Shown in pieces: positions 44,315 through 53,599 of a DNA stretch of 64,000 nt. The translations under genes were made by a program, and so were the position numbers. Numbering within the stretch: position 1 is the stretch's first letter; each line of letters begins with the position of its first letter. The stretch comes from Oscillospiraceae bacterium (GTDB lineage: Bacteria; Bacillota; Clostridia; UBA1212; UBA1255), in contig SVJB01000002.1 in the NCBI GenBank assembly GCA_015069185.1, positions 797 to 64,796 of the forward strand, read 5' to 3'. A model generated the notes under the pieces. It saw only the letters and a list, made by a program, of their open reading frames with translations. It had not been told where the DNA came from and ran no database searches.

Positions 44315-45385
44315 TTATTCTTGGTATTCTGTATCAGAATTTTCAATCTCAACCATTGTAATTTTCTCAGGCATAATACCTGTGAAAATCATTTCGTTGC
44401 CCACAAATTCTGCATATTCAAAATATATTCCAAACTTTTCATTCATAAGAGACAGAATGCCGTTGATCATTCCCTCTGCAAATTCAGAGGCTTCTTCTTC
44501 GCCTACAAAGCTTGCCAGATTAAAACCTGATACATTAATAATATCTGCGTTGAAATTTGTTATTTTATTATCAATAATGATACCGCTGCCTTTGGCATAT
44601 ACATTCACAGTATCAGGAAGTTTGGACAACAACTTCTTAAGTTCCTCTGGCATATCGTCTGCATTATCACTTTCCAGGTGCTCGTCATCATAATCAGTAG
44701 AAGGAACATTTTCTTTATTACCTTCCTCGTAATCATCAGAAGGTATCTCTTCTTGATAATCATCCTGCGTAAAGTCCTCCATATAGTCTTCGGATGTTAC
44801 TTTGACGGATGTTTCTTCATCGGGCATAGGTATTATTTCCATATCGCCCATTCCCGGCTCCTGGGGTTCATAATCAGAACTCTCGTCATCTGATTTATTT
44901 TCACCTGATATTAATTCTGTGAAATTACTAAGACTCATTTTTGTTGATACTTCTACTACACTATTCGAGAATTTTATCTGCGTAGAACTAATAGGTGAGT
45001 CTGCCGGTTGTATATATGAAATAAATGATGAAAACTCTTCGCTGTTTATCGGCGTGCTATCCAGATAATTCTCGCCTTCGTATGAGAAAGTATGAGTTTT
45101 CAATGATTTAGACTGAATTGAAGTATCGACAGTGAGGTTAACCTTCTGCTCAAAACTATTTAGGCTTTCTTGAGATACAATTATTCCCAGATCGACTTGC
45201 CTGAACAGTCCCGGGAAACTGACATTTGCCAGGAGAACAATAGCAATGCACCCGGCTACAATCATTGTACATAATGTACCAAACGGAATAAGCCAAAGCT
45301 TGCTGTCTTTTATTTCGTATGATTGTTTAATACCTGAAGCCATTAATAACACGCTCCTTTGTATAGTGTCATTTAATGGTAACAT
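44315..45385 (-). CDS. Membrane-anchored hypothetical protein with a highly acidic low-complexity region
   Basis: N-terminal TM (LWLIPFGTLCTMIVAGCIAIVLLANV). Central D/E-rich segment with repeated xDY motifs. No family recognised. Confidence 0.55.
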   Translation of the reverse strand: MLPLNDTIQRSVLLMASGIKQSYEIKDSKLWLIPFGTLCTMIVAGCIAIVLLANVSFPGLFRQVDLGIIVSQESLNSFEQKVNLTVDTSIQSKSLKTHTFSYEGENYLDSTPINSEEFSSFISYIQPADSPISSTQIKFSNSVVEVSTKMSLSNFTELISGENKSDDESSDYEPQEPGMGDMEIIPMPDEETSVKVTSEDYMEDFTQDDYQEEIPSDDYEEGNKENVPSTDYDDEHLESDNADDMPEELKKLLSKLPDTVNVYAKGSGIIIDNKITNFNADIINVSGFNLASFVGEEEASEFAEGMINGILSLMNEKFGIYFEYAEFVGNEMIFTGIMPEKITMVEIENSDTEYQE

Positions 45386-45413
45386 CTTGTCGCAGAAAAT
45401 TCAATAAAAAATA

Positions 45414-45443
45414 TTGACACGAATAATTTTGGCAGTGTATACT
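45414..45443 (+). promoter_or_regulatory. SigmaA-type promoter of the T-box leader
   Basis: TTGACA (45414-45419), 18-nt spacer, TATACT (45438-45443). Confidence 0.6.
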
Positions 45444-45467
45444 ATAGTGCAACTTAATATTGTTAAA

Positions 45468-45772
45468 TGCGATGAAGGAAAGTAGTAGCTGTTATACGGC
45501 ATTTCAGAGAGCTTCTCGAGTAGGTGTGAGGGAAGTATGCGGCAGGGCAGACGAACTCGTTCCAGAGCAGCCGAGGCGAACCCAAGCAGTAGCTTCGGAC
45601 GTATGGGCAGGCGTTAACTGCGCTTTGAGTGAACGGATAAATGGGCGGCTTCTGATACAGAGAGCCAAACGGAGTCTCGTTAATTAGAGTGGTACCGCGG
45701 ATATGATATTATTTTCGTCTCTATTTATATATAATCCTAAGAGGGTTGTATCGAAGTAAAGGCGATTTTTTT
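45468..45772 (+). promoter_or_regulatory. T-box riboswitch leader, specifier CUC (Leu)
   Basis: K-turn UGCGAUGA (45468-45475) with partner AGAGCA (45564-45569). AGUA box 45481-45484. AG bulge AGAGAG 45506-45511. Distal loop GGUGUGA 45523-45529. Specifier loop ACGAA-CUC-G, codon at 45556-45558. Stem II with AGUA 45588-45591. F-box-like CGUUA 45612-45616. T-box AAUUAGAGUGGUACCGCGG 45682-45700. U7 at 45766-45772. Confidence 0.9.
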
Positions 45773-45809
45773 ATGCGTGGCACAAAACCAAAAGGAGTGT
45801 TATCAGAAA

Positions 45810-47543
45810 ATGGAAATGGAAACTTACAAATTATTCGGTGACCAGAAGGACTCGCTTATCAGCATGACATTAGGCGATTTGCTTACTCGTGTGGCTCAGG
45901 TATATCCTGATAACGATGCAGTGCTTTTTAACGAGATAAGCTCTCCGGCATCACAGAAAAATAATTGTTTTAGAATGACTTATAAAGAGTTTAACGAAGA
46001 GTGTGAGAGAGTTGCTCGTGGTTTGCTTGCTATTGGTGTTAGAAAGGGTTCTCACGTATCTATCTGGGCTACAAACTATCCGCAATGGATTGTTACTATG
46101 TATGCAAGTGCTAAGATAGGTGCTACGCTGGTTACCGTAAATACTAACTATAAAATATTTGAAGCAGAATATCTGCTCAAACAGTCAGATACAGACACAC
46201 TTATCCTTATGGAAGGACTTAAGGATACCAACTACGTTCAGATTATAAATGAACTTTGCCCGGAGCTCAAAGATAGTCAGCCCGGTGATTTAAGAAGTCC
46301 GTCTCTTCCTGTACTTAAGAGAGTTATCTACCTTGACGAGAAGGAAAATACACCTAAGGGCATGTATCACTGGTCAGATATCAGTGAAAAGGCAGATACT
46401 ATTTCAGTTGACTACTTTAACGAAATAAAAGCGCAAGTAAGTCCTCATGATGTTGTAAATATGCAGTATACATCAGGTACAACAGGATTTCCTAAGGGTG
46501 TTATGCTTACACACTATAACATATTGAATAATGGTAAGAACATCGGTGATAATCAGACTCTTACTCCGGGTGACAGAGTTTGTCTGCCTGTGCCTTTCTT
46601 CCATTGCTTTGGCTGTGTACTGGGTATAATGGCATGTGTTACACACGGATCTACTATCGTACCTGTTGAGAGATATAATCCTGTCAGAGTTATGGAAACT
46701 ATACAAAGAGAAAAATGTACTGCCACATACGGCGTGCCCACTATGTATATTGCCATGCTGGAGCACCCGGACTTCTTCAAATATGACTTTACATCACTGC
46801 GTACCGGTATTATGTCAGGTTCGCCTTGCCCTGTTGAGGTAATGAAGAAGGTTGTTGATCTGATGCATATGACAGAGATTACTATTCCGTATGGATTAAC
46901 AGAGGTCTCTCCTGTGTGTACAATGACAAACATTCATGATTCTATCGAGAAAAGAGTAGCTACCGTAGGACGTAAGATGCCCTTTGTAGAGGTAAAGGTT
47001 GTAGATCCTGAGACTTATGAGGATGTTCCAAGTGGTACTCCGGGCGAAGTTGTAGTCAGAGGATATTCTGTTATGAAGGGTTATTACAATATGCCCGAGG
47101 CAACGAGCCTTGCAATTGACAAAGACGGCTGGCTCCACTCAGGAGACCTGGCTGTTATAGATGAAGACGGATATTTCAAAATCACAGGTAGAATAAAAGA
47201 TATGATTATCCGTGGCGGTGAGAATATTTATCCCAAGGAGTTAGAGGAATTTCTTTACACTCATCCTCAGATAAAAGATGTACAGGTAATAGGCGTACCT
47301 GATAAGAACTACGGCGAGGAAGTATGTGCCTGTATCATCCTCAAGGAAAATGAAGTTTCTTCTGAAGAAGAGATGAAGGAATATATTAGAGTGAATTTAT
47401 CGCGCCATAAGATGCCAAGATATATCTGGTTCATGGATAAATTCCCTATGACTGCCAGTGGCAAGATTCAGAAATACAAGATGCGTGAGGCTGCAATCGA
47501 CGCACTTAATTTACATGAAGCGGCAGGTATCGAGACTGCATGA
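45810..47543 (+). CDS. ANL-superfamily AMP-forming acyl-CoA synthetase-like enzyme (YngI/ACSF2-like)
   Basis: Adenylation motifs YTSGTTGFPKGV, PYGLTE, GWLHSGDLAVIDEDGYFKITGRIKDMIIRGGENIYP and SGKIQKYK. Start set at ATG 45810, downstream of AAAGGAG (45791-45797). GTG 45777 lies 4 nt after the leader U-run. Confidence 0.85.
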   Translation: MEMETYKLFGDQKDSLISMTLGDLLTRVAQVYPDNDAVLFNEISSPASQKNNCFRMTYKEFNEECERVARGLLAIGVRKGSHVSIWATNYPQWIVTMYASAKIGATLVTVNTNYKIFEAEYLLKQSDTDTLILMEGLKDTNYVQIINELCPELKDSQPGDLRSPSLPVLKRVIYLDEKENTPKGMYHWSDISEKADTISVDYFNEIKAQVSPHDVVNMQYTSGTTGFPKGVMLTHYNILNNGKNIGDNQTLTPGDRVCLPVPFFHCFGCVLGIMACVTHGSTIVPVERYNPVRVMETIQREKCTATYGVPTMYIAMLEHPDFFKYDFTSLRTGIMSGSPCPVEVMKKVVDLMHMTEITIPYGLTEVSPVCTMTNIHDSIEKRVATVGRKMPFVEVKVVDPETYEDVPSGTPGEVVVRGYSVMKGYYNMPEATSLAIDKDGWLHSGDLAVIDEDGYFKITGRIKDMIIRGGENIYPKELEEFLYTHPQIKDVQVIGVPDKNYGEEVCACIILKENEVSSEEEMKEYIRVNLSRHKMPRYIWFMDKFPMTASGKIQKYKMREAAIDALNLHEAAGIETA

Positions 47544-48322
47544 TTATTGACGTACACGCACACTATAATGACGAGCGGTATGATCAGGATCTGGATCAGC
47601 TGATGAGTACTTTTCGTCAGGAAAATATATATGTTATTAATTCGGCAACCTGTCCCGGGGATATTGATAGTGCTGTAGTGCTTGCGAACAAATACAGTAA
47701 TATGTTTGTTACTGTAGGTATTCATCCGGAGTATGCATTAGAGTCAAATGATGAGGAGATTGAGAGAATCAGGTGCCTTTTTACAGGTACAAAGGCGGAG
47801 AAGATCCTTGGAATCGGTGAAACAGGTCTTGATTATCATTATGATTACTCTGATGAACAAGTTGCAGCTCAGAAAGTGAATTTTATAAAACACCTCAAAC
47901 TGGCTTCTGATTTATCTAAGCCGATAGTAGTACATAACAGAGATGCTCACCTTGATACTATGAACATATTAAAGGAACATCTTGACGCAAAGCGCGGTGC
48001 GTTGATCCACTGCTATTCCGGTAGTAGTGAGTCAGTGCCGGAGTATGTGTCGATGAATTGCTGCTTTTCAATTGGCGGTGTTGTTACTTTTAAGAATGCC
48101 AAGAAATTAGTAGAGGCGGTCAAAGTTATGCCGCGTGATCGTATATTGATAGAGACGGACTGCCCGTATTTAACGCCCGAGCCTTTCCGCGGCACGAGAA
48201 ATGATTCCGGTAAGACTGTATATACGATTAGGAAAATTGCAGAACTTCTGGATTTATCATATGAATATGTGTGCGATATGACAGCTGATAATGCAAAACG
48301 GTTCTTTGAGATTATCATTTGA
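47540..48322 (+). CDS. tatD: TatD-family metal-dependent hydrolase
   Basis: MIIDVHAHYN...GETGLDYHY...VVHNRDA...ETDCPYL. ATGA overlap with the upstream ligase gene. Confidence 0.92.
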   Translation: MIIDVHAHYNDERYDQDLDQLMSTFRQENIYVINSATCPGDIDSAVVLANKYSNMFVTVGIHPEYALESNDEEIERIRCLFTGTKAEKILGIGETGLDYHYDYSDEQVAAQKVNFIKHLKLASDLSKPIVVHNRDAHLDTMNILKEHLDAKRGALIHCYSGSSESVPEYVSMNCCFSIGGVVTFKNAKKLVEAVKVMPRDRILIETDCPYLTPEPFRGTRNDSGKTVYTIRKIAELLDLSYEYVCDMTADNAKRFFEIII

Positions 48323-48386
48323 CACCAACCTTCTGTTTGTATACAATTAGCAGGATTTTTAATTTTATTAAACGGAAAGTGGCGTT

Positions 48387-49235
48387 ATGAAAAGCAGTAC
48401 AATCAAACCCATAAAAAGCCTTGGCCAGAATTTTTTAAACGACAAGAATGTTGTTCGCAAAATTGTTGAATCCGCCAACTTGACGGAAGAAGATATGGTA
48501 ATTGAAGTAGGCCCCGGTATGGGAGCTATGACAGGCGAGCTTGCAAATTATGCAGGTCTGGTACTGGCAGTAGAGATAGACGAACGCCTTCGTCCTGTTC
48601 TTGGCGTACTGGAGACTGTTCATCAGAATATTAAAGTAGTATACAACGATATTCTCAAAGTTAATGTAAGACAACTGATAGAAGAGCAATTTGCTCTCAA
48701 TCCCAGACTGAAACAAGTGAAAATCATTTCAAACCTTCCGTATTATATAACGACTCCCATTATTATGGCTTTTCTGGAAGGGGATGTGCCATATCTTCAT
48801 TCTATGACCTTTATGGTTCAAAAGGAAGTGGGACTTCGTATGACAGCAACTCCGGGAGGTAAAGATTATGGAGCTTTGAGTGTTACTGTTGGTTTCTTTG
48901 CGGAGGGAAAGATACTTTTCACAGTGCCACCTCACTGCTTTAATCCTCAACCTAATGTTGATTCGTGCGTAGTACAGCTTATGATAAGAGAAAATCCGCC
49001 GTATGAATTGGAAAATAAAGAGTATTTCTTTAAGATAATCAAAGCATCATTTTGTCAGAGAAGGAAGATGCTTACTAATTCTTTGGCCAATGCAGGTTAT
49101 TTGGGTATAAATCGTGAAAATGTAAAGGAAGCCTTAGAAATTATAGGTAAGAATGAAACAGTCAGAGGCGAGGTTTTGTCCCCTGAGGAATTTGCAACCA
49201 TAGCAAATTTTTTGTTGCACAAAAAAAGTTTATGA
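48387..49235 (+). CDS. rsmA: 16S rRNA (adenine1518/1519-N6)-dimethyltransferase
   Basis: KSLGQNFLNDKNVVRKIVE...VIEVGPGMGAMT...NLPYYITTPI is typical KsgA/RsmA. Confidence 0.95.
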   Translation: MKSSTIKPIKSLGQNFLNDKNVVRKIVESANLTEEDMVIEVGPGMGAMTGELANYAGLVLAVEIDERLRPVLGVLETVHQNIKVVYNDILKVNVRQLIEEQFALNPRLKQVKIISNLPYYITTPIIMAFLEGDVPYLHSMTFMVQKEVGLRMTATPGGKDYGALSVTVGFFAEGKILFTVPPHCFNPQPNVDSCVVQLMIRENPPYELENKEYFFKIIKASFCQRRKMLTNSLANAGYLGINRENVKEALEIIGKNETVRGEVLSPEEFATIANFLLHKKSL

Positions 49236-49323
49236 GTATAATATAAATGTGGTAAATTGCATTTTATGCACTTAATTTACTTTGTGCACTAAATACACAA
49301 AATATAAGAAAGAGGTATAAGAT

Positions 49324-51081
49324 ATGTACAAGAATGTATATGTTAATGAGTGGGTAGAGCAGATGGCTAATATGACACAGCCGGATAAAATCGTTTGGCT
49401 CGATGGCTCAGAGGAAGAAAAAGCTCGCCTCACAGCAGAAGCTGTAGCTACAGGCGAATTAGTTGAATTAAATCAACAGGAATATCCCGGATGTTTATAT
49501 CACAGAACAGCTGAAAATGATGTTGCCAGAGTTGAGCACCTCACTTTCATTTGTACTGAACATAAAGAAGACGCAGGCCCGACCAATAACTGGATGGAGA
49601 AGAGCGCTGCTTATGCAAAGTTAGGTACTTATTTTACAGGCTCAATGAAGGGCCGTACAATGTACGTTATTCCTTATATCATGGGACCTGCATTCTCAGA
49701 GTTCAGCAAGGTAGGTATTGAGATTACAGATAGTATCTATGTTGTACTCAACATGAGAATTATGACAAGAATGGGTAAAGTTGCTATGGATATGCTTGGT
49801 GATTCACCTAACTTCATTAAGGGTCTCCACGCAAGAGGCGATGTTAACCCTGAGAGAAGATTTATCTGCCACTTCCCAGAGGATAATAGTATCTGGTCAT
49901 TTGGTTCAGGCTACGGCGGAAACGTTCTTCTCGGTAAGAAGTGCTTTGCTCTGCGTATTGCAAGTTGGCTCGGACGTAAAGAAGGCTGGATGGCAGAACA
50001 CATGCTCATTCTCGGCGTAGAGGATCCTAATGGCAATGTTCAGTACGTATCAGCTGCTTTCCCAAGTGCTTGCGGTAAGACTAACCTGGCTATGCTTATT
50101 CCTCCGGAGAAATATCAGGCTCTCGGATATAAAGTATGGACTGTTGGCGATGATATTGCATGGCTCAGAATCGGTAGCGACGGTAGACTTTGGGCAGTTA
50201 ACCCTGAGGCTGGTTTCTTTGGCGTTGCACCGGGAACAAGTATGAAGTCTAACCCTAATGCTTTGCTTACATGTAAGGCTAATACAATTTTCACAAACGT
50301 TGCACTCACACCTGATAAGAAAATCTGGTGGGAGAAGATGGGCGTTCCTGCTCCTGAGAAGGCTCTCGACTGGAGAGGAAATGAGTGGACTCCTGATATG
50401 GATACTAAGGCTGCTCATCCTAACTCAAGATTTACAGCTCCTGCTTGTCAGTGTCCTTGCATCTCTAAGGAATGGGAGAATCCTGCAGGCGTACCGATCT
50501 CAGCTATGATCTTCGGTGGCAGACGTGCTAAGGTTGCTCCGCTGGTTTACCAGTCATTTAACTGGGAGCACGGTGTATTCGTTGGTGCTACAATGGCTTC
50601 TGAGACAACAGCTGCTGCTACAGGTGCTGTAGGTGTTGTAAGAAGAGATCCTATGGCTATGCTTCCTTTCTGTGGCTACAACATGGGTGAGTATTTCGCT
50701 CACTGGCTTGAGATGGGCAAGAAAATTCCTAATCCTCCTAAAATCTTCAACGTTAACTGGTTCCGTCTTGATGACGAAGGCAACTTTATTTGGCCTGGAT
50801 TTGGTGATAACCTCAGAGTTCTTCTTTGGATTCTCGCAAGATGTAACGGCACAGTTGATGCACGTGAATCTGCTATCGGTTATCTGCCTTACGCTAAGGA
50901 TATTGATCTCGAAGGCTGTGAAGTAGATGAGAAAGTTCTTGAGAATCTTCTCTCAATTGACAAAGATGCTTGGCTCCAGGAAATCGAAGATCAGAAGGCT
51001 CACCTTGCTCGTTTCGAGAAGCTTCCTGCGGAGATCAAGGCTCAGTACGAGGCTCTTTGCGACCGCGTAAACGCAATGTAA
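49324..51081 (+). CDS. pck: Phosphoenolpyruvate carboxykinase (GTP)
   Basis: 585 aa. FPSACGKTNLAML (kinase-1a P-loop of GTP-PEPCK), GDDIAWLR, FGGRR. Confidence 0.93.
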   Translation: MYKNVYVNEWVEQMANMTQPDKIVWLDGSEEEKARLTAEAVATGELVELNQQEYPGCLYHRTAENDVARVEHLTFICTEHKEDAGPTNNWMEKSAAYAKLGTYFTGSMKGRTMYVIPYIMGPAFSEFSKVGIEITDSIYVVLNMRIMTRMGKVAMDMLGDSPNFIKGLHARGDVNPERRFICHFPEDNSIWSFGSGYGGNVLLGKKCFALRIASWLGRKEGWMAEHMLILGVEDPNGNVQYVSAAFPSACGKTNLAMLIPPEKYQALGYKVWTVGDDIAWLRIGSDGRLWAVNPEAGFFGVAPGTSMKSNPNALLTCKANTIFTNVALTPDKKIWWEKMGVPAPEKALDWRGNEWTPDMDTKAAHPNSRFTAPACQCPCISKEWENPAGVPISAMIFGGRRAKVAPLVYQSFNWEHGVFVGATMASETTAAATGAVGVVRRDPMAMLPFCGYNMGEYFAHWLEMGKKIPNPPKIFNVNWFRLDDEGNFIWPGFGDNLRVLLWILARCNGTVDARESAIGYLPYAKDIDLEGCEVDEKVLENLLSIDKDAWLQEIEDQKAHLARFEKLPAEIKAQYEALCDRVNAM

Positions 51082-51104
51082 TTATTAAAGGACGTATTAT
51101 AAAT

Positions 51105-52472
51105 ATGCCAGAACACATACATTTCATAGGAATCGGCGGATCCAGTATGAGCGGCATCGCTGAGCTTGCTATGAGTAAGGGATATATAATCAGTGGCTCC
51201 GACAGAGTGGAGAATGACAGAGTAATCAAGCTCAAATCCATGGGAGCTACTGTATATACAGTCCAGCAAGCAGCGAATATATCAGATGATATTGATTTGG
51301 TTATTTATACGCTGGCAATAGCACCTGATAATCCGGAGCTTCTTGAAGCTCAAAGACGCGGCATACCTACGGTAGAACGTGGCGTATATTTAGGCCAGTT
51401 CGCAAAAATGTATCCGTACACTGTGGCAGTTTCCGGTACTCACGGAAAGACAACTACCACTTCTATGATTGCATCAATTATGATATCAGCAAGTAAAGAA
51501 CCCTGCATTCATATAGGCGGGGTTCTTGAACGCATTCACAATAATGTGTTACCCTCGGATGGTGACTATTTTGTTACTGAAGCATGTGAATACCATGCAA
51601 ACTTTCTTAATATCAAGCCCTATGCAGCGGTTATTACTAACATAGAGGCAGAACATCTTGATTATTTCAAAACTTTTGATAATATTATTTCCAGTTTTAC
51701 CGAATTTGTATCTTTATGCGATGAGAACGGGTTTGCTGTGGTGTGCGGACACGATGAAAATATGCAAACAGTTACGAAAAATGCAAACTGCCGTATTATC
51801 ACATATGGAACAGAATCAGAGTTTGATTATTACGCAACAAATATAAATATAACAAAGACAAACACATCTTTTACTGTTTGCCGCAAGCAATCAGTAGAGA
51901 ATTTCGATGTTACAATAAATGTACCGGGGGCACATAACGTGCAAAACAGCCTGGCGGCTTGCGCTGTATGCCTTGAACTTGGGTGCAGTATTGACAGTAT
52001 ACAGGATGGTCTGCTGCAATACCATGGTACGGCAAGACGATTTGAATATGTGGGTAAAGTAAATGGAGCACCGCTTATTGATGATTACGCCCATCATCCT
52101 ACAGAGATTAAAGCAACGCTGGAAGCTGCTCGCAGTAAAATGCAACCAGATGGAAAATTATATGCAATTTTCCAACCTCACACATTTTCACGGGCTATAT
52201 CTTTCTTTGATCTATATCCGACAGCTTTACGGGAAGCAGATGATCTCATTGTTTCGGATATCTATTCAGCTCGTGAGATAGACACTAAGCAGGTTTCCGG
52301 ACAATCAATGTCGGATTATTATGTATCTAACGGAATTAATTCCAGACACATCTCTGACTTTGGAGATATAGTACAATACCTTCGTGAAAATGTTACAGAG
52401 AAAGACATGGTAGTCATGTTAAGTGCAGGAGATCTTAATGTTATTACCCGTGAATTTGTGGAAAATCTGTAA
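51105..52472 (+). CDS. murC: UDP-N-acetylmuramate--L-alanine ligase
   Basis: IHFIGIGGSSMSGIAELAMSKGYIISGSD, GTHGKTTTTSM, DDYAHHP. Start moved from 50970 (which overlaps pck) to ATG 51105. Confidence 0.93.
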   Translation: MPEHIHFIGIGGSSMSGIAELAMSKGYIISGSDRVENDRVIKLKSMGATVYTVQQAANISDDIDLVIYTLAIAPDNPELLEAQRRGIPTVERGVYLGQFAKMYPYTVAVSGTHGKTTTTSMIASIMISASKEPCIHIGGVLERIHNNVLPSDGDYFVTEACEYHANFLNIKPYAAVITNIEAEHLDYFKTFDNIISSFTEFVSLCDENGFAVVCGHDENMQTVTKNANCRIITYGTESEFDYYATNINITKTNTSFTVCRKQSVENFDVTINVPGAHNVQNSLAACAVCLELGCSIDSIQDGLLQYHGTARRFEYVGKVNGAPLIDDYAHHPTEIKATLEAARSKMQPDGKLYAIFQPHTFSRAISFFDLYPTALREADDLIVSDIYSAREIDTKQVSGQSMSDYYVSNGINSRHISDFGDIVQYLRENVTEKDMVVMLSAGDLNVITREFVENL

Positions 52473-52548
52473 AATTTGACAAATAATATAAATGGCAGTA
52501 TAATTCATAAGGTTTGTCCTGACGTTACAGAAAGGGTAGGAATATATC

Positions 52549-53529
52549 ATGAACCATGATACAGAAAATGGTAAAAAGAATATATTTACAAAGATAGCAG
52601 CAGTATTCCCGAATAGTCCTGCTGTATATTTGATTGCCCTTGTCATTGTCATTACTGTGGCATCTGTTTTCGTTGTTAAACTTAATTCTAAGATTAATAA
52701 GCTTGAGAAAGATGCAGCAGCCCTGTCTCAGGAAAAAGATGATCTGGAGAATAACATTAATGATCTTAATTCTGAGATAAAAGACAAAGAAGATTCATCC
52801 AATCAACAGATAGAGAACCTGGAAGATGAATTGGACAATGTAGAGGCTGAGAAAGAGCAAGAGAGTCAGGAAAAAGAGCAATTACAAGAAGAGATTGATA
52901 ATCTTAAAGATTTCATCTCTGATTACATAACAAACAGCTTGTATACTCAGTACGCATCTCGTTCTTCCGGAATAGCTACTGAGGGTCAGGCAGAGTGGCT
53001 TACTGCGTCACAGGAAATAAAAGAGCTCAAAGAATATGTTGCAGAGATCTTTGAAGACCAAGAGCAAGTTGATCAGCTAATAGCCTCTATCGATGACCAG
53101 GCAGCACAGCTTCAGGACTATTACGACCGTATTCCAAACTTCAGACCTGCTGCAGGCAAAACAGTCTCAAAATACGGTTGGAGAAAGCATCCTATCCTTG
53201 GATATACAAAATTCCATTATGGTGTTGATCTATCTAAACAAGGTGGTCTTGCTATTTATGCCGCAGGCAAAGGCACAGTAACCATGGTGCAGTGGAATGA
53301 CAGCTATGGCTGGTTCATTGAGATAGATCATGGTAACGGATATAAAACAAGATATGCTCATCTCAAATCTTCAAAAACATGTCTCGTTTCCGTAGGCGAC
53401 CAAGTTGAGAAAGGTCAACACATTGCCACAATGGGAACCACAGGTTTGTCAACTGGCGTTCATCTTCATTTTGAAGTCCATCACGCAGGGGAACGTATCG
53501 ATCCGGCAGATTTTATAGGTACATATTGA
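52549..53529 (+). CDS. M23-family metallopeptidase with N-terminal TM and coiled coil
   Basis: Coiled-coil E/K/Q/L-rich region. C-terminal HYGVDL...GNGYKTRYAHL...GVHLHFEV (LytM/M23 motifs). Confidence 0.88.
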   Translation: MNHDTENGKKNIFTKIAAVFPNSPAVYLIALVIVITVASVFVVKLNSKINKLEKDAAALSQEKDDLENNINDLNSEIKDKEDSSNQQIENLEDELDNVEAEKEQESQEKEQLQEEIDNLKDFISDYITNSLYTQYASRSSGIATEGQAEWLTASQEIKELKEYVAEIFEDQEQVDQLIASIDDQAAQLQDYYDRIPNFRPAAGKTVSKYGWRKHPILGYTKFHYGVDLSKQGGLAIYAAGKGTVTMVQWNDSYGWFIEIDHGNGYKTRYAHLKSSKTCLVSVGDQVEKGQHIATMGTTGLSTGVHLHFEVHHAGERIDPADFIGTY

Positions 53530-53532
53530 AAA

Positions 53533-53563
53533 TGAATATTTTCAAATAAGTGAGTTAATACTA
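53533..53563 (+). promoter_or_regulatory. SigmaG-like forespore promoter candidate for sleB
   Basis: TGAATA (53533-53538), 18-nt spacer, AATACTA (53557-53563). Compare the B. subtilis sigmaG consensus GHATR-N17/18-CATxHTA. Confidence 0.4.
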
Positions 53564-53599
53564 CACCTGAAAACAATTTATGTTTTGAGGTGTTTTTTT
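53563..53599 (+). terminator. Intrinsic terminator of the M23 gene that also contains the sleB SD
   Basis: ACACCTGAAAAC (53563-53574) pairs with GTTTTGAGGTGT (53582-53593), 12 bp with one mismatch, followed by T6 (53594-53599). GAGGTG in the 3' arm is the sleB SD. Confidence 0.75.

Noticed and set aside
45537-45539. Possibility that the T-box specifier is AUG (Met), given that B. subtilis has metS upstream of yabD(tatD)
   Set aside because: The AUG at 45537-45539 falls inside a paired segment (GCAU 45499-45502 / AUGC 45537-45540) just below the AG bulge. The K-turn, AGUA-box and GAA-NNN-purine geometry places CUC (45556-45558) in the specifier position.
45460-45687. 75-aa ORF upstream of the acyl-CoA-synthetase-like gene
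   Set aside because: It lies entirely inside the T-box leader, spanning Stem I through the T-box sequence. It is a structured RNA, not a coding region.
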